NCBI GenBank assembly: GCA_039802085.1
Contig: JBDRVU010000003.1
Span: forward strand, 1-35,314
DNA: 35,314 bases
Source of the DNA: a candidate division WOR-3 bacterium
GTDB lineage: Bacteria > Hydrothermota > Tepidihabitantia > Tepidihabitantales > JBDRVQ01
Direction of reading: 5' to 3'
Both the position numbers and the translations under genes were made by a program. Within the stretch, counting starts at the first letter, position 1; every line of letters starts with the position of its first letter. This document shows, piece by piece, positions 8,736 through 18,490 of this stretch. The notes below the pieces were generated by a model. The model did not search any database and was not told the DNA's origin. It worked only from the letters and a program-made list of their open reading frames with translations.

Positions 8736-9496
8736 AGCCTAAAGTCGGTTTCTTTGAATTTACCGGTTGTGCCGGAGACCTTTTGACTATAGTCCATTCT
8801 GAGGATTATCTCTTAGATGTTTTGAAAGCGGTTGAGGTGGTAAGTTTCCGCCTCGCCTCTAGCCAAATCCGAAAGGGGAATAACGGCTTAATGGATCTCG
8901 TTTTCATTGAAGGTTCTATTACTACAACCGAGCAGGAAGAGAAGTTAAAAGAGTTGCGCAAGCGAAGCAAGATTTTAGTTGCCTTAGGTACCTGTGCCAC
9001 TTTTGGCGGTGTGCAGGCGATGTATACCGGAAAGCCGAACTTCTCCAAAAGATTCCGTTCGGTTTATAATAAAAATTTTAAGATTGTGGAAGCCTTTGAA
9101 TCAAAACCCTTAGAGGCTTTTGTGCCGGTGGACTATTTCATCCCCGGTTGTCCAATCTCTCCGCAGTTATTCTTATTCAATTTCCCTCGTCTCTTAAAAA
9201 ATCTGCCCGTTGAGTTACCTGCCTATCCGGTTTGTGTGGAATGTAAATGGCAGGAAAATGAGTGTCTCCTCTTAAAAGACATCCCCTGTCTTGGTCCGGC
9301 AACGCGCGCTGGCTGTTTAGCAAGATGCCCAAAGGATAATCTTCCCTGCGTTGGTTGTTTCGGTCCCGTTCCTGGCGGAAATTTTGCCTCCTGGGAAAAG
9401 CATCTATTGGAAAAGAAGTATCATGAGCCCCAGTTGGACAAAAAAATGAGATTTTTCTTTGGTGCCAAAATTAAAGAGGTGAAAAGAGGAAAATGA
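8732..9496 (+). CDS. hydD: NiFe hydrogenase group 3b small (delta) subunit
   Basis: EGSI, ALGTCATFGG, VDYFIPGCP, VCVEC...CLGPATRAGC..RCP...CVGCFGP. Start ATG 8732 overlaps the gamma stop. Confidence 0.88.
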   Translation: MKPKVGFFEFTGCAGDLLTIVHSEDYLLDVLKAVEVVSFRLASSQIRKGNNGLMDLVFIEGSITTTEQEEKLKELRKRSKILVALGTCATFGGVQAMYTGKPNFSKRFRSVYNKNFKIVEAFESKPLEAFVPVDYFIPGCPISPQLFLFNFPRLLKNLPVELPAYPVCVECKWQENECLLLKDIPCLGPATRAGCLARCPKDNLPCVGCFGPVPGGNFASWEKHLLEKKYHEPQLDKKMRFFFGAKIKEVKRGK

Positions 9497-10782
9497 GAGA
9501 AGGAAAGGAGATAAGAATTGATAGTGTAGCCCGGGTTGAAGGGCACGGCAATATCTATGTCCGGCTTTTAAAAGGGAAGGTGAAGGAAGTGCGTTTTGAA
9601 ATCCCGGAAGGACCTCGTTTATTTGAAACTTTGGTTTTGGGAAAAGAACCGTCGGAGGTATTAAATATCGTACCCCGGATTTGTGCCATCTGTAACATCT
9701 CCCACCGCTACGCGGCGATTAGAGCCTTAGAAAAGATTTTGGCGGTGAAGGTCCCTCCTGAAGTCACTTTCTTGCGAAATCTGATGCATTACGGGGAGAT
9801 GATTGAAAGTCACAGTCTCCACATCTTCTTCCTCGCCCTTCCGGATTTTTTGGGCTATCCGGATGCGATTGCCTTAGCGGAAAAGTATCCGGAAGAGGTA
9901 GGCATCGGACTCCGCTTGAAGAAATTTGGTAATTATGTGATGGAAACAGTTGCCGGAAGAATGATGCACGGCGAGAACCCAACCATTGGTGGTTTTGGTC
10001 GTTTCTTAAATAAGGAAGAGATAAAATCGATAAGAGACGGAGCGGAAAAACTCCTACCTGATGCGATAAGAACCACCGAACTTTTACGCAACCTTCATTA
10101 CTCAACCTATGCCGAAGAAGGAATGCTCTTCGTGTGCTTAAAACCAACAACAGATGAGTACGGCTTTTGGGGCGATACGGTGATGATTTCTAACGGGGAC
10201 GACCGAACCGTGGAAGAATTCCGAACTGCCATCAAAGAGCGGATTTATCCCCATTCCACCGCTAAAAGGACCCTCTATCGGGAAAGACCTTACCTGGTGG
10301 GTGCCCTTGCCCGAATGAATCTCTTAGGAGAGAGGTTGCACGGTGCCGCTCACGAGGCCCTTCAAAAATGCTACAGCCTGAGTTGGATTAGAAACCCATT
10401 GTATAATAACTTGGCTCAGGCGATTGAAATCGTTTTTACCTTAGAGGAGATTATTAAGACCACCGAGAGAATTTTGAAAATTAAAAAACCTCCAAGTATT
10501 GTACACAGCAAAAAAGGCGAGGGGAAAGGGGCCGGGGCGGTAGAAGCGCCTCGGGGTAGTCTCTTCCATTATTACGAGTTTAAGGACGGGTTATGCACTT
10601 ATGCGGATTTAATTATCCCCACCGCCCAAAATTATAATGCCATAGAAAAACACCTGACGGTGGCAGCGGAGAATTTATTCTTTTCTTCGGTAGAAGAAGA
10701 AAAGGCAAAGTTGGAATTGGAGATGATTGTGCGGGCCTACGACCCTTGTATCTCTTGCTCCTGCCATATCCAACAAATCTAA
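9493..10782 (+). CDS. hydA: NiFe hydrogenase group 3b large (alpha) subunit
   Basis: RVEGHG, L1 motif RICAIC, EAPRGSLFH, L2 motif RAYDPCISCSCH followed by a short IQQI tail. Confidence 0.92.
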   Translation: MREGKEIRIDSVARVEGHGNIYVRLLKGKVKEVRFEIPEGPRLFETLVLGKEPSEVLNIVPRICAICNISHRYAAIRALEKILAVKVPPEVTFLRNLMHYGEMIESHSLHIFFLALPDFLGYPDAIALAEKYPEEVGIGLRLKKFGNYVMETVAGRMMHGENPTIGGFGRFLNKEEIKSIRDGAEKLLPDAIRTTELLRNLHYSTYAEEGMLFVCLKPTTDEYGFWGDTVMISNGDDRTVEEFRTAIKERIYPHSTAKRTLYRERPYLVGALARMNLLGERLHGAAHEALQKCYSLSWIRNPLYNNLAQAIEIVFTLEEIIKTTERILKIKKPPSIVHSKKGEGKGAGAVEAPRGSLFHYYEFKDGLCTYADLIIPTAQNYNAIEKHLTVAAENLFFSSVEEEKAKLELEMIVRAYDPCISCSCHIQQI

Positions 10783-10801
10783 TTGCTAACTTTTAACCAA
10801 A

Positions 10802-11767
10802 CTACTCTGTTGGTTCCCAGATAAAATTTCCCCTTTTATCAATATAACCAATCTTCCCTTTCATTTGCACTCTTGCCAAACCCCGAAAGAAGGGGTAGGC
10901 CACTTCAAAACTCGGTTGAATCTTAAACTCACCACTTTTATCAATATAACCCCAGAGGCTATCCGCTAAGGCGGGGGCGAGTCCTTCGGAAAAGTCGCCG
11001 CAGGACTTAAACTTGGGCTTAATAACAAACTTCCCCTTTTTGTCGATATAGCCAACTTTCTCCTGCACCCGAACCGCGGCCAAACTTTCCGAAAAATCAA
11101 AGCCCTCATCAAAACGGGGCTTAATTACAAACTTACCGTTTCGGTCAATATAACCCCATTTCTTATTAACCATCACCCGGGCTAAACCTTCCCTAAAGTC
11201 CCAGATAAAATCAAAAATTGGTTTAATCACCACCTTACCGGTTGAGTCAATGTAACCAAGTTTATTTCCGACTAAAACCCCCGCCCTTCCTTCGGAAAAG
11301 TTGAAGGTGGAGGGAAACTGGGGGCTGATAATAAACTTACCCGTAGAATCAATATAACCAACTTTTCCCCCAATGCCCACCGCGGCTTTCCCTTCCTTAA
11401 AATCGCCCGCGAATTCAAACTGGGGCCTAATTACAAATTTTCCCTTCCGGTCAATATAACCCCATTTTTCTTTATAGAGAACCCGCGCCTTGCCTTCCGA
11501 GAACCGCCCCACCTGGTCAAAGTTCGTTTTTAATACCTGCCACTCCTGACCATCAATATAACCCCACTGATTGCCGATCCGCATTACCGCCATCCCTTCC
11601 GAAAAATCATCAATCATATCCAGTTGCGGCTTGAGCATAATTTTTCCCGTAGAGTCAATCACCCCGTAACGAAAACCCTGGCGAATCGGAAAGAGGGCGG
11701 GAAAGGGTTCCCCGGACAAAAGAGACAAGACAATAATGTAAGCAAAAAGAAGGTTTCTCTTTTTCAT
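10802..11767 (-). CDS. Secreted WG-repeat (KWG) protein
   Basis: Signal peptide followed by about 8 repeats of FSEGxAxV...KWGYIDxxGKFVIxPxF. Confidence 0.9.
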   Translation of the reverse strand: MKKRNLLFAYIIVLSLLSGEPFPALFPIRQGFRYGVIDSTGKIMLKPQLDMIDDFSEGMAVMRIGNQWGYIDGQEWQVLKTNFDQVGRFSEGKARVLYKEKWGYIDRKGKFVIRPQFEFAGDFKEGKAAVGIGGKVGYIDSTGKFIISPQFPSTFNFSEGRAGVLVGNKLGYIDSTGKVVIKPIFDFIWDFREGLARVMVNKKWGYIDRNGKFVIKPRFDEGFDFSESLAAVRVQEKVGYIDKKGKFVIKPKFKSCGDFSEGLAPALADSLWGYIDKSGEFKIQPSFEVAYPFFRGLARVQMKGKIGYIDKRGNFIWEPTE

Positions 11768-11773
11768 AATTGA

Positions 11774-11801
11774 ATTATACCCAATTCTTTCCGGTTGTCA
11801 A
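11774..11801 (-). promoter_or_regulatory. Sigma70 promoter of the WG-repeat gene, leaderless arrangement
   Basis: TTGACA-16 nt-TATAAT, 6 nt to ATG 11767. Confidence 0.8.
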
Positions 11802-11815
11802 ACTCAATGGTAATG

Positions 11816-11844
11816 TTGACTTTTTGGTTGTTGGGGGATATAAT
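11816..11844 (+). promoter_or_regulatory. Sigma70 promoter of the serpin gene, leaderless arrangement
   Basis: TTGACT-17 nt-TATAAT, 5 nt to ATG 11850; back-to-back with the 11774-11801 promoter. Confidence 0.8.
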
Positions 11845-11849
11845 TAGAT

Positions 11850-13031
11850 ATGTTAATAAATCTATCCGTAGGGAAAAGAGTTATCCCATTACTAATTTTT
11901 TCCCTCCTGGTGGATGGGGAAGGGGCTGCAATTAGCCCAAGGATTAACAATTTTGGTCTTGCGCTTTTCTCGGAATTATTAGCCGGGGAGAGCAATAAGA
12001 ATATTCTCATCTCACCACCTAGTATTGCTATCGCCTTAATAATGACCTATAACGGTGCGGAAGGGGAAACAAAGCAGGCGATGGCTAAAACCTTAGGTTT
12101 AGAAGGAATTGCCTTGGCGCAATTAAACCAAGAGATGAAGAAAATCCACCAGAGATTAAAAAGCCGAGATGAGAAAATAAAAATAGAAGTTGCCAACTCC
12201 TTATGGGCAAGAAAAGGTATTTCTTTCCGTCAGGATTTTCTAAAAAGAAATAAAGAGTTCTTTTCCGCTGAGATAAAAAGTTTGGATTTTTCTCAAGCTG
12301 CGATAAAAGAAATTAACCGCTGGGTCGAGAAAAAAACCAAAGGCAAGATAAGAGAGATTATAGAAAAGATAGAAGGGAATGCGGTTCTCTTCTTGATCAA
12401 TGCTATTTACTTCAAAGGGAAGTGGCAAAAGGAATTTGCTAAGAATAAAACAAAAGAGGATATCTTCTTCGGCCCAAAAGGACCAGAAAAGGTCTTTATG
12501 ATGAACCAATCCGGGAGATTCCCCTATCTGAAAAAGGAAATCTGCCAGGCAGTTTCTCTGCCTTATGGAAAGGGGGATATTAGTATCTATCTTTTTTTGC
12601 CGGATACAAACAGAACTATCTCTGAGCTTGTTCAGTGGTTGAAGGGGGAAAAGTGGGAAGACCTTATGGGTGAGTTTAGAGAGATGGAAGGGGATATTTC
12701 TTTGCCCCGTTTTCAGATGGAGTATGAGAAGTCATTAAAGGATGTTCTAAAAGAGATGGATATGGCAATCGCCTTCGACCCGTATAAGGCGGATTTCACT
12801 GGGATGCGTAAGGAGGGAGAATTATTCATTAATGATGTTCGGCATAAGACTTTTATCAAAGTAGACGAGGAAGGGACCGAAGCGGCTGGGGCAACATCCG
12901 TAGAAATCGCCTTGACCGCTGTCCCTGATAGGTTTAGTATCGTTTTCAATCGTCCCTTTTTCTTCGCCTTGCAAGATAATAGGACGGGTCTTTTGCTTTT
13001 TACCGGGATAGTTTCTGAGCCAAATGAGTAA
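11850..13031 (+). CDS. Serpin (serine protease inhibitor, I4 family)
   Basis: NILISPPSI, INAIYFKGKW, LPRF, hinge VDEEGTEAAGAT, FNRPFFF signature. Confidence 0.95.
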   Translation: MLINLSVGKRVIPLLIFSLLVDGEGAAISPRINNFGLALFSELLAGESNKNILISPPSIAIALIMTYNGAEGETKQAMAKTLGLEGIALAQLNQEMKKIHQRLKSRDEKIKIEVANSLWARKGISFRQDFLKRNKEFFSAEIKSLDFSQAAIKEINRWVEKKTKGKIREIIEKIEGNAVLFLINAIYFKGKWQKEFAKNKTKEDIFFGPKGPEKVFMMNQSGRFPYLKKEICQAVSLPYGKGDISIYLFLPDTNRTISELVQWLKGEKWEDLMGEFREMEGDISLPRFQMEYEKSLKDVLKEMDMAIAFDPYKADFTGMRKEGELFINDVRHKTFIKVDEEGTEAAGATSVEIALTAVPDRFSIVFNRPFFFALQDNRTGLLLFTGIVSEPNE

Positions 13032-13111
13032 GATTTTAACGGGGCGCTTGTGGTTTAAGGGTATGGTCTAAAATATTGGTGGATTACGTTCGTGATAAGG
13101 AAGTGATTAAA

Positions 13112-13318
13112 ATGGAAGGTTTTAAGGTCTTAATCCGAAAAGAATGGTGTAAGGGTTGTTTTCTCTGTTTGCAAATCTGCCCCAAAAAAGTCTTCACCCG
13201 CGGCGAAGGGAAAGTTCCAGAAGTAAAAGACCAAGATAAGTGTAGCGGTTGTCTTTTATGCGAACTCCTCTGTCCGGATTTAGCGATAACTGTGGAAGGG
13301 AGATGCCCGAGAGAATAA
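13112..13318 (+). CDS. korD: 2-oxoacid:ferredoxin oxidoreductase delta subunit (2x4Fe-4S ferredoxin)
   Basis: CKGCFLCLQICP and CSGCLLCELLCP; AAGGAAGTG RBS before ATG 13112. Confidence 0.82.
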   Translation: MEGFKVLIRKEWCKGCFLCLQICPKKVFTRGEGKVPEVKDQDKCSGCLLCELLCPDLAITVEGRCPRE

Positions 13319-14430
13319 AAAGGTCAATTTTGGAACCGAAGCGATATTTCCTTTCCGGGAATATCGCCTGTGCTGAAGGGGCTTTAGCCGCGGGTTGTCG
13401 CTTCTATGCCGGTTATCCCATCACTCCTTCCTCGGAGATTATGGAGCATATGGCGAAACGACTCCCGGAGGTTGGGGGTGTTTTTATTCAAATGGAGGAT
13501 GAGATTGGTTCCATCTCTGCCTGCATCGGTGCCTCCTGGGCCGGGGCGAAGGCGATGACCGCTACCTCTGGTCCGGGTTTCTCTTTAATGCTGGAAGGGA
13601 TTGGTTATGCCTTAATGACGGAGACCCCTTGTGTGATTGTTGATGTTCAGAGACAAGGACCAGCCACCGGTCAAGCGACAAGACCCGGTCAGGGTGATAT
13701 TATGCAGGCGAGATGGGGTGCTCATGGCGATTATCGGATTATTGCCCTTTCTCCCTGGTCGGTTCAGGAGATGTACGATTTGACAATATCCGCCTTTAAC
13801 CTATCGGAGAAATACCGAGTGCCGGTTATTCTTCTTAGCGACGAGGTTGTCGCCCATTTAAAAGAAAGTATTTTAATTCCAGAAGAGATTAAACTCTTTG
13901 ACCGAAAAAAGGATAAGGGTCTACCACCATTCGGGAATGATTTGGTGCCCCCAATGCCCACTTTTGGCGAGGAGGCAAATCTTTTAGTAACCGGTTCCAC
14001 CCATAACGAATGGGGGATAAGGAAGGTACAAGATCCGGATGTGAGCGAGAAGTTAGTGGTGCGCCTCTGTGAGAAAATTGAGAAAAATAAGAAGGAGATT
14101 GTGCGCTTTGAGACTTTCTTTACTGATGATTGCGAAATTTGCCTCATTTCCTTTGGCATCACTGCCCGGAGTGCCGCCTATGCGGTTTCCCTTTTACGAC
14201 AGGAAGGGATAAAGGCGGGACTCTTTCGACCAATTACTATCTGGCCCTTTCCAGAAGAAGACCTAAAAGAGATAACTACCTCCGCCAAAAAGATTTTGGT
14301 CTGCGAAATGAATCGGGGACAAATCATTGAAGAGGTAAAAAAGATTCTCTGTAATAAAGAAGTCTTTGGACTTTTTAAAACCAGAGGTGAAGCAATCTAT
14401 CCCTGGGAGATTATAGAAAAGATAAAATGA
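13303..14430 (+). CDS. korA: 2-oxoacid:ferredoxin oxidoreductase alpha subunit
   Basis: GNIACAEGA, YPITPSSE, QMEDE, TATSGPG. Start taken at ATG 13303 after GGAAGGGAG. Confidence 0.9.
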   Translation: MPERIKRSILEPKRYFLSGNIACAEGALAAGCRFYAGYPITPSSEIMEHMAKRLPEVGGVFIQMEDEIGSISACIGASWAGAKAMTATSGPGFSLMLEGIGYALMTETPCVIVDVQRQGPATGQATRPGQGDIMQARWGAHGDYRIIALSPWSVQEMYDLTISAFNLSEKYRVPVILLSDEVVAHLKESILIPEEIKLFDRKKDKGLPPFGNDLVPPMPTFGEEANLLVTGSTHNEWGIRKVQDPDVSEKLVVRLCEKIEKNKKEIVRFETFFTDDCEICLISFGITARSAAYAVSLLRQEGIKAGLFRPITIWPFPEEDLKEITTSAKKILVCEMNRGQIIEEVKKILCNKEVFGLFKTRGEAIYPWEIIEKIK

Positions 14431-15191
14431 GCCGATTAGATAAATATCTCCGTACCGAAGTCTTCCCCAGTCCATTTTGTGCGGGTTGTGGCCATGGGAT
14501 TTTGATGGGAGCGATTTTGCGAGCGATTGACGAATTGTCCGCCTCCGGTAGATTAGATTTCTCCAAAATGGTTTTTGTTTCCGGCATTGGCTGCGGTGCT
14601 TGGATTCCATCTCCCCACTTTAAGGGGGATACCCTTCATACTTTGCATGGCCGGCCAATTGCTTATGCCACTGGTGTGAAATTGGCAAGACCGGAATTAA
14701 AAGTGGTCGTTATCTCCGGTGACGGTGATTTAGCGGCGATTGGGGGCAATCACTTAATCCACGCCGCGAGGAGAAATCTACCAATCACCACCATCTGCGC
14801 CAATAATAATATCTACGGGATGACCGGGGGACAGGTTTCCCCAACCTCACCCGAAAATAGTCTCACCGAAACTACCCCTTTGGGAAATAAAGAGAAACCT
14901 TTTGACCTCTGCCAATTGGTTAAGGCCTGTGGTGGAGAATACGCGGCTCGGTGGACCGTCTTCCACATTAAGCCATTGATTCGCTCGATTGCCCGGGCAT
15001 TAACCATTGAAGGTTTTTCTTTTCTTGATGTCGTCTCCCCTTGTGTTACTCAATTCGGCAGAAGAAATGATTTACCAACAATCTATGACTTCTTCTTAGC
15101 AATTAAAGAAAAGACCCTATCTTATGAGAAGGCAAAGGGGATGAAGGAAGAAGAAAAGAGAGGTAAGATAATAATCGGAGAATATGATTGA
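14427..15191 (+). CDS. korB: 2-oxoacid:ferredoxin oxidoreductase beta subunit (TPP-binding)
   Basis: FCAGCGHG, SGIGC, GDGD...NN TPP motif, YGMTGGQ, SPC. Confidence 0.9.
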   Translation: MSRLDKYLRTEVFPSPFCAGCGHGILMGAILRAIDELSASGRLDFSKMVFVSGIGCGAWIPSPHFKGDTLHTLHGRPIAYATGVKLARPELKVVVISGDGDLAAIGGNHLIHAARRNLPITTICANNNIYGMTGGQVSPTSPENSLTETTPLGNKEKPFDLCQLVKACGGEYAARWTVFHIKPLIRSIARALTIEGFSFLDVVSPCVTQFGRRNDLPTIYDFFLAIKEKTLSYEKAKGMKEEEKRGKIIIGEYD

Positions 15192-15729
15192 GATTAAGAT
15201 TATCGGCAAGGGCGGTCAGGGGATCGTTTTGGTGGGGGAGGTTTTAGCTCACGCCAGTGTCTTGGAAGGTTCTTACGCTAGTGCCATTGCTGGCTACGGC
15301 TCTCAGGCACGAGGAGGAGAAGTGAGTTGCGATGTGATTATTGCCCAAAGAGAGATCTTGGCACCTTTTGTTATGAAACCTGATTATCTCCTCTGCCTCT
15401 CCTTTGACACCTACCAAAAGAATCGGTCTTTAATTACCGAAAAGACCAAGGTCTTCTTAAATACGGAAAATCAGGAGGAAGAGGAAGGCCATTTCCTAAT
15501 TCCCGCATCCGGAATTGCCCAAAAGGTATGCCAAAACCCTCAGGTAGCAAATATGGTGATGTTAGGTGCTTTCACCGCTTTGACGAAAATTGTCTCCCTG
15601 GATAGTATAATGGTTGCCCTTTCCGAAAGGATGAAAGGCAAAATCTTAGAAGGAAATATTCGGGCATTGAAAGAAGGTTACCAAAGAATGGCTCGGGACG
15701 GATGCCCCGAGGCGAGGAGGAAAATATGA
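15184..15729 (+). CDS. korC: 2-oxoacid:ferredoxin oxidoreductase gamma subunit
   Basis: GKGGQG, YGSQARGG, NMVMLGA. Confidence 0.88.
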   Translation: MIEIKIIGKGGQGIVLVGEVLAHASVLEGSYASAIAGYGSQARGGEVSCDVIIAQREILAPFVMKPDYLLCLSFDTYQKNRSLITEKTKVFLNTENQEEEEGHFLIPASGIAQKVCQNPQVANMVMLGAFTALTKIVSLDSIMVALSERMKGKILEGNIRALKEGYQRMARDGCPEARRKI

Positions 15730-16586
15730 AATTAAAGACGAACAAAGTAAACCTACCTTGTATTTCGGTAATGGGTGAAGTTGCCCCGCCGAAAAGAAGA
15801 TTTCCTTATACTATTGATTATAAGGGAGAACCCAAAGTCTTCCCTGGCACCGGAGGGATTATCTATAATATAAAAGTTGGGGATAGGGTTTTTGGCTGGG
15901 TGGGTGACCACTTAGAACCGGGTGTCTCAATTAAGGTGAAGGACGAGGATGAGAACCGAGCCTTAAATACTTATGCCTGTATCGGCAATTCCGCTAAAGT
16001 TATTTCCGGTGAAGCGAAAGGGGAAAAGGGATTTGTTACTGGTAAACACGGTGGCATTGAGCATATTTTAGTCTATTTCCCGGAAGAGGTTTTAGAGAAG
16101 TTAGCGATTGGTGATAAAATTCAAATTAAGGCAATCGGTCAAGGATTGGCGATTGAAGATTTCCCTTGGGTGAAATTTTATAACCTTGACCCTGACTTGT
16201 TAGCAAGAATTGACCCGGTCATTAAAAATGGTTTCCTTTACTTTCCAGTAACTCATACCCTGCCGCCGGAGATAATGGGTTCGGGTTTAGGTGGCGCGAC
16301 AACTTCTACGGGAGATTACGATATCACAACTCAGGATGAAGGAATGATAAAAAAATGGCGGTTAGATGAACTCCGCTTTGGTGATATCGTCTGCCTTCAG
16401 GATACGGACAATACTTATGGGCGGTGTCTAAGAAAGGGGGCGGTCTCCATCGGTGTTGTTGTCCACGCCAATTGCGTGATCGCTGGTCACGGACCCGGGG
16501 TGACAACGATTGCCACTTCTTCAAGAGGGAGGATTAAACCAATCTTAAATAAGAAGGCGAATATCGCCCATTATTTACTGGGATAA
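15726..16586 (+). CDS. DUF4438-like conserved protein of unknown function
   Basis: PGTGGIIYN, DHLEPGVS, ACIGN, GKHGG, GDYDI and GHGPG motifs as I recall them for this family. RBS GAGGAGG before ATG 15726. Confidence 0.7.
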   Translation: MKLKTNKVNLPCISVMGEVAPPKRRFPYTIDYKGEPKVFPGTGGIIYNIKVGDRVFGWVGDHLEPGVSIKVKDEDENRALNTYACIGNSAKVISGEAKGEKGFVTGKHGGIEHILVYFPEEVLEKLAIGDKIQIKAIGQGLAIEDFPWVKFYNLDPDLLARIDPVIKNGFLYFPVTHTLPPEIMGSGLGGATTSTGDYDITTQDEGMIKKWRLDELRFGDIVCLQDTDNTYGRCLRKGAVSIGVVVHANCVIAGHGPGVTTIATSSRGRIKPILNKKANIAHYLLG

Positions 16587-16607
16587 AAAACTGGTGGATT
16601 AAGGGTT

Positions 16608-17105
16608 ATGACAGGGAAGAAGAGATATTCTAAAAATAGGCGTTTATCCTGGGATGAGTATTTTATGAGAATTGCCCAAATGGTCGCGGAAAGGTCTACC
16701 TGCTTACGGCGGAAGGTGGGAGCGGTTTTGGTGAAGGATAAAAGAATCCTTTCCACCGGCTATAATGGCGCCCCAACCGGGTTAAGGCACTGCGATGAGA
16801 CAGGCTGTTTGCGCGAGCAATTAAAATTGAAACCCGGGGAAAGGATTGAACTATGTCGGGGTCTCCATGCGGAGCAGAATGCTATTGTCCAAGCGGCCGC
16901 TTTTGGCATAGATGTTTCAGGGGCTACCCTTTATTCTACGCACCAACCCTGCATCACTTGTGTGAAGATACTAATTAATGCCCGGATTAAGAGAATATGC
17001 TATTTAACCGCCTATCCTGATGACCTCGCCTCTTCGCTCTTAAAAGAGGCAAAGATTAAAGTAGAGAGGATGGAAAGTGGGAGAAAGGGAGGGAAAAATG
17101 AATAA
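16608..17105 (+). CDS. dCMP deaminase (cytidine/deoxycytidylate deaminase family)
   Basis: WDEYFM, RSTC, TGYNG, HAEQNA and PCITC zinc motifs. Confidence 0.9.
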   Translation: MTGKKRYSKNRRLSWDEYFMRIAQMVAERSTCLRRKVGAVLVKDKRILSTGYNGAPTGLRHCDETGCLREQLKLKPGERIELCRGLHAEQNAIVQAAAFGIDVSGATLYSTHQPCITCVKILINARIKRICYLTAYPDDLASSLLKEAKIKVERMESGRKGGKNE

Positions 17106-18489
17106 GTTACCTTATCTCCTTTTAACCCTTTATTCTTTAATTTTCAGCCAGTCAGTTTTAAACCTCAAAAAAGTTCCCCTTTTGGGTGATACCACCGAAG
17201 AAATTATATTTACGATTGCTTTTGAGAAACCGGAAACTATTGCCTATGAGGTTTTCTTTGGTGATGGGGAAGTTTATCGGTCTTCTTTTGTCTCGGGGGA
17301 GATAGAGGTTGGGCACTGGTATAAAAAGCCGGGGATTTATCCGGTAAAGGTCAGCGCTCATAGCAAGAAAGGGGTTACGGTTACGGAATCCCTTTGGATC
17401 GAGGTTAAAGAAAAACTTTCCCTTTTTGAAATTCCCCTTCCTTCGGCTACTATCTCTACCCCAGCATTAGATGGTAATGACAATCTCTATCTGGGTTTAG
17501 AAGATAACGCCTTAATCTCCTTTCGGAAAGACGGCACCCATCGTTTTACCTTCCCCACTCGGAATGCGGTTTATGCGACACCCGTAGTTTTTCAGGAGAA
17601 AGTCATTTTCGGAGCCCTTGATTCCACGCTTTATTGCCTTGACACCACGGGAAGATTAATCTGGTCTTTTCCCGCCGGGGGCGAGATTTACCAACCAGCG
17701 GCGACTGATGGGGAAAAGATTTTCTTTGTTAACGATGACGGCAACCTCTTCTGCCTTACGATGAAAGGAAAGTTATTGTGGCAAAAGAAGATTGCCCCCG
17801 AACCTTCCCCGGTCACGATTGGCGAGAAGGTTATCTACTTAACCGCGGATGGGGTCTATTCTTTAACCAAAGACGGGAAACTTCTTTTTACCTGGAAAAC
17901 TCCGGATGAAGACCTATTCCTTACTGGGTGTGTTTTAGTAGGAGATGGTTCTTTAATTGCCGGGTGTGAGAATGGGAGTCTCTACTGCCTGAATCAGAGA
18001 GGTGAGTTAATCTGGAAGGCGCCGACCCCAGAAGAGGACCCGATAAGGTGTGAGGGGGTATTTAAGGGTGATACCTTGATCTTCGGCGCGGATGACGGTG
18101 TTTTGTATAAGAAAGGGAAATTGGGTAGCCTCATCCCATTTTTCTCAACTGATGGGGAGATAATTGCCAGTCCCATGATAACCGGAGATGGCCGGGTCTT
18201 TATCTTTTCGGATGATGGTTATCTCTATTGTCTGAGGGAGGATGGACAACTTGTCTTCCGAAAGGAAGTCGCTTATAGCGAGAAGGGATTTTTCGTAACC
18301 CCATCTTTGACTTTAATTCGCTCGGAGCGAAAGGGAGTTTTATTGGTAACGTCCTGGGATGGAACAATTTTTGCTTTTCCAACAACCGAAAGCCAAGAGT
18401 CAAAAGGGAGAAGTCAATACTACTGGCGAACCTATCGGGGAAACTATGCCCGCCAGGGAAGGATACCGAAGGGGGAGAACGAGTGGTGA
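17098..18489 (+). CDS. Secreted PKD-like plus PQQ-type beta-propeller repeat protein
   Basis: Signal peptide [17 protein letters not shown]; FGDG..H.Y.KPG.Y.V PKD pattern; repeated LYCL...G.L.W propeller blades. Confidence 0.8.
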   Translation: MNKLPYLLLTLYSLIFSQSVLNLKKVPLLGDTTEEIIFTIAFEKPETIAYEVFFGDGEVYRSSFVSGEIEVGHWYKKPGIYPVKVSAHSKKGVTVTESLWIEVKEKLSLFEIPLPSATISTPALDGNDNLYLGLEDNALISFRKDGTHRFTFPTRNAVYATPVVFQEKVIFGALDSTLYCLDTTGRLIWSFPAGGEIYQPAATDGEKIFFVNDDGNLFCLTMKGKLLWQKKIAPEPSPVTIGEKVIYLTADGVYSLTKDGKLLFTWKTPDEDLFLTGCVLVGDGSLIAGCENGSLYCLNQRGELIWKAPTPEEDPIRCEGVFKGDTLIFGADDGVLYKKGKLGSLIPFFSTDGEIIASPMITGDGRVFIFSDDGYLYCLREDGQLVFRKEVAYSEKGFFVTPSLTLIRSERKGVLLVTSWDGTIFAFPTTESQESKGRSQYYWRTYRGNYARQGRIPKGENEW

Positions 18490-18490
18490 T

